This document shows positions 16,530 through 31,400 of a stretch of DNA of 64,000 bases, in pieces. The stretch lies in the NCBI RefSeq assembly GCF_035594765.1, contig NW_026943824.1, positions 8,450,317 through 8,514,316 on the forward strand. Reading direction: 5' to 3'. The notes beneath the pieces were generated by a model. That model did not search any database. It was not told where the DNA came from and saw only the letters and a program-made list of their open reading frames with translations. This DNA is from Anolis carolinensis (Eukaryota). The first letter of the stretch is position 1, and the number at the start of each line of letters is the position of its first letter. The position numbers and the translations under genes were made by a program.

Positions 16530-19500
16530 TAATTTTTTACTTTGGCTTCATGATCCTTGTAATTCTGTTATTTAATTTAATAACCTATCTGTATTTTACA
16601 AGTGTTTTTATTAATGTCTGATGTAATTTAATAACTTTTTAATTGATTCACAATGTATTGTACACTTTTATATATGTATTTTATTGTAAACCGCCCTGAG
16701 TCACTGTAAAAAAGTGTTTTTATTTTGATTTATAGATGTCATGTTTAATTTCGTTTTAAAAGTCATGTTTAACTATGTTTAAAAGGGTAAGTATTAGTTA
16801 CCAGTGCGTGGGGGATGGTAGCCAGCTCAGCATTCTGAGGCAGGTTGCCATAGTAACGAGGGCGGAGCCAACCGCTGTTTGGAGGAAAAGGAGGGAATGT
16901 TTTAAAAAACAGTTTAGTCTGTGATCTGAGTCACAGGGAAGACACTGGTTCCAGGTTAGGGAAACCAGGGAAGCTCAGATCTCTAGTTGTGTCAAATTAA
17001 GCAAGTTAAGTGACTTGTTTGGGTTTATTCGTAGAGTCTGAGTAGTAAGGGGAAGCAATCCCAGTTAGATCCAAAGTGATCAGTTGATAGCTTTGGTTGT
17101 AAGAGAAGAAAAAGGTTTAGACTGCTCATGGAAAGGAGAAAGTATTTTGAAAGTGGATTCATCATAAGTTATATTTGCAACTGATTAAGAAAGTGTAATT
17201 CTGAGAAACAACATTGTAACCACTAAGCTCTGTGCCTGAATAAACTTTTTAGTGTTCTCCAACATCCAAGCCTCTGTCACATATATTCTAAACTAAGTTA
17301 CGCTACCATCTAAAGTGAATAAGAAGGAAAAGGGGGAAAAAAATCCCCTCTGCCTGAGATCTCCACAGTCCCCTAATGGGTGAGAAGGGCAGGATATAAA
17401 TATTGTAATAAATAAATAAAATAATAAATCTGTTATTTAATTAAAAAGTAGAAGAGCTGAAACAACTGCTGTGCAAAATGACCTCTCAAAGAGCACTGCA
17501 CCAGCATTCATATCAGGTTGTCCTAACCTAAGAGAAAAGTCGGTTCAAACAGAGAGCAAAAGGGTTTCACTTCCTCTTCTTTAGACCCGCATTTCCCAAA
17601 ATAGATGTTTCAGTCCCCAAGCGAGTCTTTTCATCAAGCATTTGCCTATCTCTTTGAAGTACAAGTTAGAAGTGAAATGAGAGAGAAAGGAGATAGAACT
17701 GGATTATATGAGTCTACACTGCCATATAATCCAGTTCAAATCAGATAATCTGGATTTTATATGGCAGTGTAGAAGGGGCCTAAGTAAGCAGATGGCAAAA
17801 GGTCTTGGATGCTGGAACATTGTACCACTACGTCACCAATACCCTACTTGCATTAAATAAATCGATAAATGGTAAGAATTTTGGAGAGGAACTCACCATC
17901 TTCGTTGATGACAAAATCAAATCCATTTTTTCTGAAGATTTCCAGGTTTTCTATCAAGACACTTTCATTTATAGCAGTTAAATTCAGATTCTGAGGCCTG
18001 AAAAAAAGTCCAACAAGAGACCAAATGGTGCAGATACTTAGCGAGAGAAAAACTACTGCTTTTGTCTGTATTTGTTCTGGGAGGAATTCATCTGATTTGT
18101 TTGGTTTTTATATATCTACTAGCTGTGCCTGGCCACGCGTTGCTGTGGCAAAGTATGGTGGTATGGGAAATAAAGTATTGAGGAATTGGTGGTAGTTAAG
18201 GTAAAGGATAAAGGTTTTCCCTTGACATTAAGTCCAGTTGTGTCCAACTGCACACTGAAGTTGATTATATGGCAGTGTGGAGTCAAGATAATCCAGTTCA
18301 AAGCAGATAATGTAAGATTATAAATGGGTAATCTGTATTTTATAGGCAGTGGGGAAGAGGCCTAAGTGAGGCCTAACTCTGCCTTCCCCTGGGCTCAGTG
18401 GGTTGCTAGGAGACCAAGTAGGAGGAGCTTAGCCTTTTAACTGGCAGCAATTGGATAAAAACAATTGTTCTTCTCCCTCTAATTAGGACTTTATTTTTCT
18501 TTTCTTTTTGTTGTATGAACGTAGAGGCATGGATGAGGGGTTGTGCTGCCAAGTTTAGTGTTTCTGGGATGTGTAGTTTTGTTGTTTTGTCCTAGGCCGA
18601 AATTTCATTACCCTTTTATATATATAGATATATATATCAGGGGCCTGAGGAGCCCGCAGTGGTGCAGCGGGTTAAACCACTGAGCTACTGAACTTGCTAA
18701 CCGAAAGATTGGTGGTTCAAATCCAGGGAGCGGGGTGAGCTCCTTATCAGAGCGGTTTCCTAGACACACGCGCAGCAGAAGTCGCTGACGAGGAAGCTCT
18801 GGATAAATAACGACGCTGCAGTCTTCAGTTATCTATCAAAAGTTTACTTACGAACGGAAATCTACAAGACGATACACAGCTCTCACGCAGGCACACACGG
18901 GAAGGGACAGAGAGAGTAAGATAGGAAGTAGAGGGCTATTTATCTCATCCTCTGCTGTCTGATGCAATCTAAGTTTAACCCTTTACACACTTGCATAGTA
19001 AGCAGCAGACAGTGTATGATGCAATCTCCAGCACACATTGCACAACCATGACTCAATTACATTTAAACAACTCTATATACAATCATTCCCACTTCAACAC
19101 TCCTGCTGTTAGCCACAGCTTCTGACAACCTAGCAGTTCGAAAACATGCAAATGTGAGTAGATCAATAAGTACTGCTCCAGCGGGAAGGTAACGGCGCTC
19201 CATGCAGTCATACTGGCCACATGACCTTGGAGGTGTCTACGGACAACGCCGGCTCTTCAGCGTAGAAATGGAGATGAACACCAACCCTCAGAGTCGGACA
19301 CAACTGGACTTAACCTCAGGAGAAATCCTTTACCTGCCTATACCAGGGGCCATGTAAAAACTGCTCAGGCGGAAAGGGATCACGATATGGCAAAAATTTA
19401 CGACACACTTACGAGATGAGTCTCTGTCCCTGCAGAACCGTGTGCTCTTGCAATTGCTCAAAATTGTATTTCTCATCGGAAGCGTGTTGGTCGACGATGA

Positions 19501-20326
19501 AGAGGTCCGAGTTCAGCTTGGCCACGATAAATCCCAAATTGAACTGGCCAATGATATCCATTTTAGCAAACATCTCTTTACTGTATACCAAGAGAAAACA
19601 AAAAAAGGTTCAGAATGCAAGTTCTGCGGTTCTATGACGTATATTGTATATTCTTATTCTGTCATAAGGAAGAGGGGACAGGCTTGTTTTTCTGCTTCCC
19701 TGGAGACGAGGACTCAATGGAGCTATAGGTTCAAGTGACGGGAAAAGAGATTCCATTGAACATTAGGAAGAACTTCCTCACTGTGAGAGCTGTTCAGCAG
19801 TGGAACTCTCTGCCTCAGAAACTGATGGGGGCTCCTTCTTTGGAGGCTTGTAAACAGAGCCTGGATGGCCATCTGCTGGGGATGCTTTGAATGTGTTTTT
19901 CCTGCCTGCCTAGATAGTCCATGTGGTCTCTCCCAACTCTATGATGCTATGATTCTGCATTGAACTGCACTATATGGCAGTGTCAACCCATATAATCAGC
20001 TCATTGCAACTGCATTCAATGGCAGTATAGATTTTTTTTCATGTCAGGAGCAACTTGAGAAACTACAAGTCACTTCTGGTGTGAGAGAATTGGCCGTCTG
20101 CAAGGACGTTGCCCAGGGGACATTCGGATGTTTTTTACTATCCTTGTGGGAGGCTTCTCTCATGTCCCCACATGGAGCTGGAGCTGATAGAGGGAGCTCA
20201 TCCCCGCTCTCCCCGGGTGGGATTCGAACCTGGCAGCCTTCAGGTCAGCAACCCAACCTTCAAGTCACAAGGCTTTAACCCACTACACCACCGGAGCCTC
20301 TGGTAGTATAGATGGGGCCAGAGAAA

Positions 20327-20369
<43 letters not shown>

Positions 20370-20966
20370 AGTAGAGTCTCACTTATCCAAGGTTCTGTAT
20401 TATCCAAGGAAGTCTGCCTTTTAGTAATCATTGTTTTTGTAGTAAATGTTGCAATGTTTTGGTGCTAAATTCATAAATACAGTAATTACTACATAACATT
20501 ACTGTGTATTGAACTGCTTTTTCTGCCAATTTCTTGTAAAACATGATGTTTTGATGCTTAATTTGTAAAATCATAATGCAATTTTATGTGTAATAGGCTT
20601 TTTTCTTAATCCCTCCTTATTATCCAAGATTTTTGCTTATCCAAGGTTCTGCCGGCCCGTTTATCTTGGATAAGTGAGACTCTACTGTAATAGTAATAAT
20701 AGTAATAATAATAATAAACTTTATTTATATACCACGCTATCTCCTCAAGGGGCTCAGGGCGGTTTCCAATACAACAGAAAACATACAATCAGTGAAAAAC
20801 ATACAGCAATTAGGACATAATACCACATGAACATAAATGCATAAGACAGGGGTCCCCAAACTATGGCCCGCGGGCCACATGTGGCCCATCAAAGCCTTTT
20901 ATCTGGCCCCCACAGAACAAAGGCAAAAGGGCTAAATGGCCCAAAGGGTCTCTTCCAACTCTCTTT

Positions 20967-20999
<33 letters not shown>

Positions 21000-23900
21000 A
21001 ACATTGAGGCTAGGTGGCCATCTATCAAGGGTGCTTTGCTTGTGCTTTTGGTCCACAAAGGCAGAAGGGGGTTGGGATGATGATGATGATGATGATTATT
21101 ATTATTATTATTATTATTATTATCATCATTATTGCTCGGTGCCCAACTATAGTCCGGCCCTCCTACGGTCTGAGGGATTATGAACTGGCCCCCAGTTTTA
21201 AAAGTTTGGGGACCCCTGCTTTAGAGTGTTTGCTTATCTTTTTCACATAGAAAGAAGATGGCTGTATACTAAGAGAGGCCTGACTATTTCTGTGGCCCTG
21301 ACATGTCACATCTCTTTTTATGTTTGGAACCTTTAGAGTGTTTGCTTATCTTTTTCACATAGAAAGAAGATGGCTGTATACTAAGAGAGGCCTGACTATT
21401 TCTGTGGCCCTGACATGTCACATCTCTTTTTATGTTTGGAACCTTTAGAGTGTTTGCTTATCTTTTTCACATAGAAAAAGTATAGCTGTATACTCAGAGA
21501 GGCCTGACTCTACTGTAAATACTAAACATAAAGACAACCATACAACAGACATTCAATACCACCACTAACTCAAATTTCTCACCAACACCACCAGACAACG
21601 CCACAGCAACGCGTGGCCGGGCACAGCTAGTAATACCATATAATAATATTAATTATATGTTATATATTACATATAATATTACAGTATAGTGATATAGTAC
21701 AATATAGTAATATATAATGCTAATATTGTGCTATGCTAATAATATAATATATTGTATGTACATACAGCTGCTCTCTGAGTCCCCTTCGGGGTGAGAAGGG
21801 CAGGATATAAATGTAATAAATAAATGTAGTAAATGAATAAATAAATAATTTTAGACTTAGGCTCACCCAAAGTCTGAAATGACTTGAAGGCACAACAACA
21901 ACAACAACAATCCTAATTAACTTGACTATCTCATTGGCCAGAAGGAGGCCCACACTTCCCATTGAAATCCTGATAGGTTTATGTTGTTTACAATTGTTTT
22001 CATTTTTAAATATTGTATTGTTCTTTCGTTGTTGTTGTTGTTTTGCACTACAAATAAGACATGTGCAGTGTGCACAGGAATTTGTTTGGGTTTTTTTTTT
22101 TCAAATGATAATTCGGCCCCTCCACAGTCTGAAAGATTGTGGACCGGCCCTCTGTTTTAAAAGTTTGAGGACCCCTGAACTAGAGTATTCATTGATGAAT
22201 GTAAGCAGAATATAGCTTGGAACATAGCTTGAAAAACAAAACAAAATGTGTTCCCCATCCAGACAGAGATGGCCAGTGACAAAAAGCTGAAAGCCTCAAA
22301 GTAAACTGTAATTATTCTGCCGGCCCATTTATGTTGGATAAGTGAGACTCTACTGCAGGGGTCCTCAAACTTTTTAAGCCAAGGGCCGGTCCACAATCCT
22401 TCAAACTGTTGAGGGGCCGGATTATCATTTGAAAAAAAAATAAACAAATTTTGATGCACACTGCATATGTCTTATTTGTTGTGCAAAAACAACAACAACA
22501 ACAACAACAACAATGAAAGAACAATACAATATTTAAAAATAAAAACAATTTTAGCCAATATACATTTATCAGGATTTCAATGGGAAGTGTGGTCCTGCTT
22601 CTGGCCAATGAGATAGTCAAGTTAATTAGGGTTGTTGTTGTTGTTGTTGTTGTTGTGTGCCTTCAAGTCATTTCAGACTTTGGGTGAGCCTAAGTCTAAA
22701 ATTTATTTATTTATTATTTACTGCATTTATTTACTACATTTGTATCACACTCTTCTCAGAGTGGCTTACAAATTATATGTACATACAATATATTATATTA
22801 TTAGCATAGCACAATATTAGCATTATATATTACTATGTTGAACTATACCACTATACTGTAATATTATTAGTAATATTATATGTAATATAGAATATATAAT
22901 TAATATTATTATATGGTATTATTATTAGTGTTATATTGTATTACATTATAATATCATTATCAATATTACATGTATATACAATATATTATATTATAAAACT
23001 GAGGGCGGGGGCCAGGTAAATGACCTCGGAGGGCCGCATCCGGCCCCCGGGCCTTAGTTTGGGGACCCCTGCTCTACTGTATAATCAGTTAACAAAGATT
23101 TAAAACCTAATGACAAAAGCTCCATCAATAAACCCAGATACAAAGCCAGCACAAATACCTTATCTCTTTTCTCAGTTCATCCTCTGCTGTTTTATTTTCT
23201 CCTGGATTAATTTTGGCCCTAAATTTCCTGTAATGCAGGGTGTCCGCTGTCTTCTCCTGCTGCCCCATGAGCTTCTTGACTCTGTCCCTTAAGACGCTCA
23301 GGGAAAACTCCAGCGGCACCGTCCTCCTTGCTATTTCTACTGGGATGTCGCATTGGGAAAGCAGCGCAGACATCTGAAGGTCCTTTGTTTCCAAGGGAGA
23401 GGGGCTGGTCTTCAGGCGCTTCACTTTAGGGGAGTCACTATTGACTTGTTGGGGTGACCCACTCCTATCGCTTTGGTCCGTGCCACATTCGGCTCTTGAG
23501 AAAAACCCGTTCCTTGCAAGGCCTTCTCTCTGAGCGCCTTCGTCATGAATGTGGGATTCACCAAAAGAACTACTGAAACGGCTCCCAATTTCTATAGATC
23601 CTGAACCCATCTCCGATCCTGCCAAGGCACTACTGCAACCAGAATCGGGAACTTCTGCCAACTTCTTGACATTTGCGTCAGCGTCACGCCTGCTTAAATC
23701 CACCGTGTTTCCACTCCTCTCCACTTTCCCGGAGCCGGTTTCCTTCTCTGGTGAATCCAAAACACTAAAAAACGTTGGGAGTTTTCGTTGTCCGTGAGAA
23801 GGGCGCTGCGGATTGAGATTTTCGGTTGCTTTTTTTACAGCGCGGAGGGAAAACGCTTCCCTAAGTTTGGCAGCAGTCACGGTGATTTTCACATTTCCAC

Positions 23901-26900
23901 TCCGATTCGGAGACGAGGAATCCCGTGTTTCCAAGGGAGGCGATTCCGCCCCATTTCGAACTGTCGTTTTAAAGTTCCCTGAGAAAGTGAAGAAGAAGGA
24001 ACAGTTTTAAGTACAGTAGAGTCTCACTTATCCAACATTCACTTATCCAACGTATTTTTGTAGTCAATGTTTTCAATACATCATCATATTTTGGTGCTAA
24101 ATTTGAAAATATAATAATTACTACATAGCATTATTGCGTATTGAACTACTTTTTCTGTCAAATTTGTTGTATAACATGATGTTTCGGTGCTTAATTTGTA
24201 AAATCATAACCTAATTTGATGTTTAATAGGCTTTTCCTTAATCCCTCCTTATTATCCAACATATTCGCTTATCCAACATTCTGCCGGCCCGTTTATGTTG
24301 GATAAGTGAGACTGTACTGTAGCAGTAAAAATTCCAAGTTTTAGGAACATAATGACTCTAACAACGCATAAAAGGTAAAGGTAAAGGTTTCCCCTGACAT
24401 TAAGTCCAGTCGTGTCTGACTCTGGGGGTTGGTGCTCATCTCCATTTCTAAGCCAAAGAGCCGGCGTTGTCCGTAGACACCTCCAAGGTCATGTGGCCGA
24501 CATGACTGCATGGAACGCCGTTACCTTCCTGCCAGAGCGGTACCTATTGATCTACTTACATTTGCATGTTTTCAAACTGCTAGGTTGGCAGAAGCTGGAG
24601 CTAACAGCGGGCACTCACCCCGCTCCCCGGATTTGAACCTGGGACCTTTCGGTTAGCAAGTTCAGCAGCTCAGTGCTTTAACCCACTGAGCCACCGGAGG
24701 CATACTCTCTTTATAGAAAGAATAAGCGGCTGATGGGGAAAAGGAAGGGGCCTGGGGCTGTTAGGAATTGTGGGAATTGAAGTCGAAAACATCTGGAGGG
24801 CCCAAGTTGGCCCATGCCTGGCTTAAACCAGCCCCTTATAAGAGATACAGAACCATACATATTCTGTAATAATCAAATGTATGGGCATATAACATATATC
24901 ATGTGATTGTATGTTTTCCAGGCTGTATGGCCATGTTCCAGAAGCATTCTCTCCTGACGTTTCACCCACATCTATGGCAGACATCCTCAAACGTTGTGAG
25001 GATGCCTGCCATAGATATGGGCCAAACGTCAGGAGAGAATGCTTCTGGAACATAACCGTACAGCCCGGAAAACACACAACAACCCTGTGATTCCGGCCAT
25101 GAAAGCCTTCGACAACATATTTCTTGTGAATCTTGCACTTATATATTTTTTAATGTATGATTTCTTGCTTATTTCACATAGACTCATTATGTACAGGCAA
25201 AACACCTACACACTGCAGCTGACACACTCCTGAGTACAACACACACTTTGGGAAGTTCTGGTCTACACTTGGACCACCAACCAGTTAGCAAAATACATTC
25301 AAAAGCCTCTGCATTCACAGGAAGATTGGTAAATAAATGGCTGCTGTCATTCTTACCTTCAACATCGATCAATTTCTGATTGAGGACAATTTTGTTCACA
25401 TCATTGCCAAACATTCCCATCATTGAAGTTTTCACAATGGCTAGCAACAGTTTTTCTTCTTGCAGAAATATTTGCCTTTTGTCAGGTGTGACATTGATGT
25501 CAACAGATTCTAAATAAAATACATGCTTGTTTAAAATCAATTGCCAAATCAGGCTTTAACAAGGTTTTTATGACACTCAAGTTTTGTAGAAAAATACAGG
25601 TGACTCACCCGAGTCTGCACAGATGTTAAGAACCACAAACGGATATTGATGTCTGTTGTACATGTGGTACACTTCATTCACAAGTTTGGAAACCTGCCCA
25701 GGAACAAAAAAGTTATCCCAATTATGCCTGTCTTAAAAATAATAATTATATGCAGATAGCAGAAGATATGGGCTCAGTGCTGGAGTAAAAAGTTTAAAAA
25801 TTACTATCATTAAAGAGAACTTCAATGAGATAATGCAAGGTGTGCTGTGTTATATGTGGTTTAAAAAATTATTTAAAGGTTTGATTGGTTTTACTATGTA
25901 TTTTTAATAAGGTCTGTGTTTAATTCTATTTTAATGTGTGAATTTTAGTTTATATATTGTATGATTTTTAGTGTTAGTCACTTTGAGTCTTTGAAAGAGA
26001 AGACGTGGGTATATACAGTAGAGTCTCACTTATTCAACACTTGCTTATCCAATGTTCTGGATTATCCAATGCATTTTTGTAGTCAATGTTTTCAATACAT
26101 CGTGATATTTTGGTGCTAAATTCGTAAATACAGTAATTACTACATAGCATTACTGTGTATTGAACTACATTTCTGTCAAATTTGTTGTATAACATGATGT
26201 TAGGGCCGGGCTGTGGCACAGCTGGCTAGTAACCAGCTGCAATTAATTTCTACTGACCGAGAGGTCATGAGTTCGAAGCCCGGGTCGGGTTAAGCCCCCG
26301 ACCATTAAATAGCCCGGCTTGCTGTTGACCTATGCAGCCCCGAAAGACAGTTGCATCTGTCAAGTAGGGAAATTTAGGTACGCTTTATGCGGAGAGGCTA
26401 ATTTAACTAATTTACAACATCATAAAAACTGCCAGCAAAACACAAGGAAAGGAACGAGGAAGTACAGCCACTAGTGGACAGTGAAGCAACAGCTCCCCCT
26501 GTGGCCGGAATCGTGAAGCTGGAAAAAAAATGTTAAATGCCTCTGTGTCTGTCTATATATGTTGTTTGTCTGTTGGCATTGAATGCTTGCCATATATGTG
26601 TTCATTGTAATCCACCCTGAGTCCCCTTCGGGGTGAGAAGGGCGGAATATAAATACTGTAAATAATGTTTTGGTGCTTAATTTTTGAAATCATAACCTAA
26701 TTTGATGTTTAATAGGCGTTTCCTTAATTCCTCCTTATTATCCAACATATTCACTTATCCAACATTCTGCCAGCCCGTTTATGTTGGATAAGTGAGACTC
26801 TACTGTACTACTAATAATAATAACATGACAAGGATTTAAAGATCGAATTGCAAAGACTCTGGCACAAACCAGTCAAGGTGGTCCCAGTGGTGATCGGCAC

Positions 26901-27097
26901 ACTGGGTGAAATGCCCAAAGACCTTGGCCAGCACTTGAAAACAATCGGCGCTGACAAAATTACCATCTGCCAGCTACAAAAGGACACCCTACACACATTA
27001 TTCGCCGATACATCACATAGTCCTAGACACTTGGGAAGGGTCTGACGTGTGATCCAATACAACAGCCAACATAGTGATCTTATCTTGTTCTGTATCA

Positions 27098-27141
<44 letters not shown>

Positions 27142-27698
27142 CTTTGTTGGATCACAAGGCCGCTGATTAATAAAGAAGAACTGCCTGTCTGTGGTACTCC
27201 TTCCAATGCCATGATCACAACGGGAGACAAACCCTGTGATGCTGTTCAAAGTTCAAAACATAAAGAATAAGATAAGAAGAAAAGGAGGAAAAGCTATGGC
27301 AAGAATACTCCTTGGCCAAAGCATTCAGATTCCAAGATCCAAATGAATAAAGGTTTCTGACACATAGACAGCAGAGTGTATGGGGACACATAACATTAGT
27401 CCCTTTCCAGTGTATAGAAAGGTTTAAGTAGAAAACAGAGGGCTCTTCCACACAGCCATATAACCCAAAATATCAAGGCAGAAAATCCCACAATATCTGC
27501 TTTGAATTGGGTCACCTGAGCCCACACTGCTATCTATTCCAGTTCAAAGCAGATAAGGCGGGATTTTATTCAGCTGTGTGGAAGGGGCCTGAGAAATATT
27601 CTGGTATACTTTTTACAAAGTTGAGATGCAGTTTTAAAGAGGTGAATGGAAAATGCTTCAGATGTGAAGGAACATTGATATGCAATGTGGAACCTAGA

Positions 27699-27749
<51 letters not shown>

Positions 27750-28412
27750 TATTATTATGCCAAGTTCTAAAGAAACAGGCATTGTTTTCTCTATATACCG
27801 TATATACGCAAGTATAAGCCAACCCGAATATAAGCCGAGGCACCTAATTTTACCACAAAAACTGGGAAAACATTGACTTGAGTATAAGATGAGGGTGGGA
27901 AATGCAGCAGCTATGGGTCAATTTCAAAAATAAAATAGATATTAATAAAATTGCATTATTTGAGGCATCAGTAGGTTAAATGTTTTTGAGTATTTATATA
28001 AAATTGTAATTTAAGATAATAATAAGACTTTAATAAGATAAGACTGTCCAACTCTGAATACCTATATACTCAAGTATAAGCTGACCTGAATAGAAGCCGG
28101 CCAGGATCCTCACTCGAGTATAAGCCGAAGGGAGCTTTTCAGCCCTAAAAAAGGGCTGAAAAACTACGCTTATACTCGAGTATAACAATAAAAGTATTAT
28201 ATACAATTTAGAAAGACAATTATTTCCCCATGCAAATTATTTCCCCATGCAAAAAATAAAATGATGTCTATAAAGTTCACAGCATGAACTTTGCCACAAT
28301 GAGTTCAGAAAAAAGCTCCTATAACATTCAATCTTTTGATCCTGATGCTCTTAAAATGCAGGAAACGAACCCTGAAAACTGAATCCTCCATTAATCTTTC
28401 CGGATAAATATT

Positions 28413-28474
<62 letters not shown>

Positions 28475-31400
28475 TATACCCCACTTCCATCTCCCCGAAG
28501 GGACCCGGGGAGGCTTACATGGGGCGACAGCCCAGGCAAATACAATAAGAAACATAAAATACAGCAATTAACAAAAACCACGGGTGAATGGGAATAAACA
28601 ATTAACATAAAGATAGCAAAAATATTACTAAACAACATATTAAAATACAACAGTAGAATCATAAAAACCAACTGGGCAAAAGTGCACTAAGCGAGTTTTG
28701 TAAACATGAGGTAGTTGGTAAAGTGCTACAAAATCGTGGAAGATTTGGAGTGGGGTAAACCTTGTGGTTATAACAAAAAATTAACAAAAAAAAGGTGCAA
28801 CCAATTGGAAAACAGACACCGAAGCAAAATTTATCATGCAGATGGGGAGTTCTTATCCCCATCTATTGCTGCTGTGCTGTTTTAGCACAACAGCAATAGC
28901 CAGTGTGCCACATCCAGGTCTTTCACTCCATGCACTTTTCCCTTAAGCCTCATTGCTTTGCCTTTGTCCTCCAGGCTAAAAGGGAGAACATACAATCTTC
29001 TACTTACGTATAAAGCCTAGTGGGAATATCAGCAGGATTCAGACCATATTCCTCGCAGATGGCATCACTAGGAGGCAGCTGAACAAACGGGATCAGGCTT
29101 TGCACCTGGACAAGCAAAGATTTGACTTTATTTATACCTTTTATTTATTAAATTTATACCTTTCTGCCATGCTGAATCACACCACTATTTGTTCTGAACT
29201 CCTGTCTTTTCTTTCTGTATCATATCCCCTTTATATGTAGTGCATTCAATACTAAAAATTGGAAAATCAGGATAACAAAATCTATATATATAAAAGAGTG
29301 ATGGAATCACGGCACCAGACAAAACAACAAAACTACAGGCCCCCCAACCTCGAAATTTGACAAAACAACCCATCATCCACGGCTCTAGGTTGATACAACA
29401 AAAAGAAAAAAATAATAAAGTTCTAATTAGAGGGAGAGGAATAATTGCTTTTATCCAATTGCTGCCAGTTAAAAGGCTAAGCTCCTCCAACTTGGTCTCC
29501 TAGCAACCCAATAAAAAATAATAAAAAACACAAAAAATAATTAAAAACACTAAAAAATTAATACAATAAAATACTATAATAACATAAAATAACTAAAAAT
29601 AATACAAGAAAATAATAAAATATAATAAATAAAAAGATAACTTACAATAAAATTAATTTACAAATACAAATAACGTCAAATAAAAATTACACATCAATTT
29701 TTAACCAATACCACCACCACTTTGCCACAGCAACGCGTGGCCGGGCACAGCTAGTCTATATATATAAAAGGGTAATGAAATTTCGGCCTAGGACAAAACA
29801 ACAAAACTACACATCCCAGAAACACTAAACTTGGCAGCACAACCCCTCGTCCATGCCTCTACGTTCATACAACAAAAAGAAAAGAAAAATAAAGTCCTAA
29901 TTAGAGGGAGAGGAATAATTGTTTTTATCCAATTGCTGCCAGTTAGAAGGCTAAGCTCCGCCCACTTGGTCTCCTAGCAACCCACTCAGCCCAGGGGACA
30001 GGCAGAGTTAGGCCTCACTTAGGCCTCTTCCACACTGCCTATAAAATACAGATTATCTGATTTTAACTGGATTATATGGCAGTGTAGACTCAAGGCCCTT
30101 CCACAGAGCTATATAACCCATTTATAATAGTCTTAATGTAAGGTAAAAACCTTTACCCTTTACCTTAACTACCACCAGTTCCTCAATACTTTATTTCCCA
30201 TCCCACCATACTTCGCCACAGCAACGCGTGGCTGGGCACAGCTAGTACATTATAAATCTATCTCTGAATAACAAACATCAATGGAACATACTTATGCATA
30301 GATGAATCTGTAAGTCAAATAAATGAATTCAAAACCACAACCTCCAAACAAATAATATTCAAAACACAGGTCTTCACAAAGGACACATATGTTTAGAGAC
30401 ATGGGGTGGCAGTTCAAACCCGCGAAACGGGGTGAGCTCCCATCTGTCAGCTCCAACTCCTGCCAATCTAGAAGTTCAAAAACATGCAAATGTGAGTCGA
30501 TAAATAGGTACTGCTTCAGCAGGAAAAAGGCAAAAAGACACTCCAACCAATCTTGCTGGCCACACAACCAGGAGGTGACAACGCAGGCTCCTCGGCTTGA
30601 AAATGGAGAAATGAGCTCTAATGGCAGGAAAAGTAACAGTAGTGATAGTACCTGCTTTTGCCCAAATATTGCTCCGATGTTTTCTTTTACAGTAGAGTTC
30701 CCATTAGTGCATACAACAGGTTGCTTCTTCCCTTGACCAACCTGGTTGGTGCAAGTAATTCGAACTCCTGTTGAAACGATGCAGTAGGCTTGTAATACCT
30801 GAACCATTTTTGCGTACTCCTGGAGAAAATAAGCATGAAAACATTATTGTTTAGGAACTGTATCATGACAATCAAAATTACTATGCAACCAGGAATTAGA
30901 AGGCAACTGCAATTCCACCAGCTGTACCTTCTTTATGTTGCGCTGAAATTCTTTATGTCGCACTGGCAATGTATGGAAGAGCTGCTGCACGCTGACCGTT
31001 GTCCCTTGTTGACGGGGACATGGGACCTTCAGGGTGATTTTCCCGCCGTGATCAAACACCAGGCGTGTTCCAACCTTGGCGGACGTATGACAGGTGAAAA
31101 TGGAAACATCGCTGTAAACAAGTAAACAAAAACTAAGAAAAAAATATTAAATACAAATGTACAACAACAATGGGCTTTAAAACACTGGCATCTGCTTTTT
31201 TGTCTTTAACATGCCCTTCCATTCTCCTCCAGTAGTTTCCCCCAGGCAGTAAGCAGCCAGGCTTTGAAGCTGAAAGACCATTCAATGCTAATCAAGGTGA
31301 CCAATTGCAACATTCACACTTGCCTCAAACAGACAAGAGTTATTTCTCCCACCCCAGACATTATTCCACAGATGTATAAAACTCATTTCCAACAGACCTC

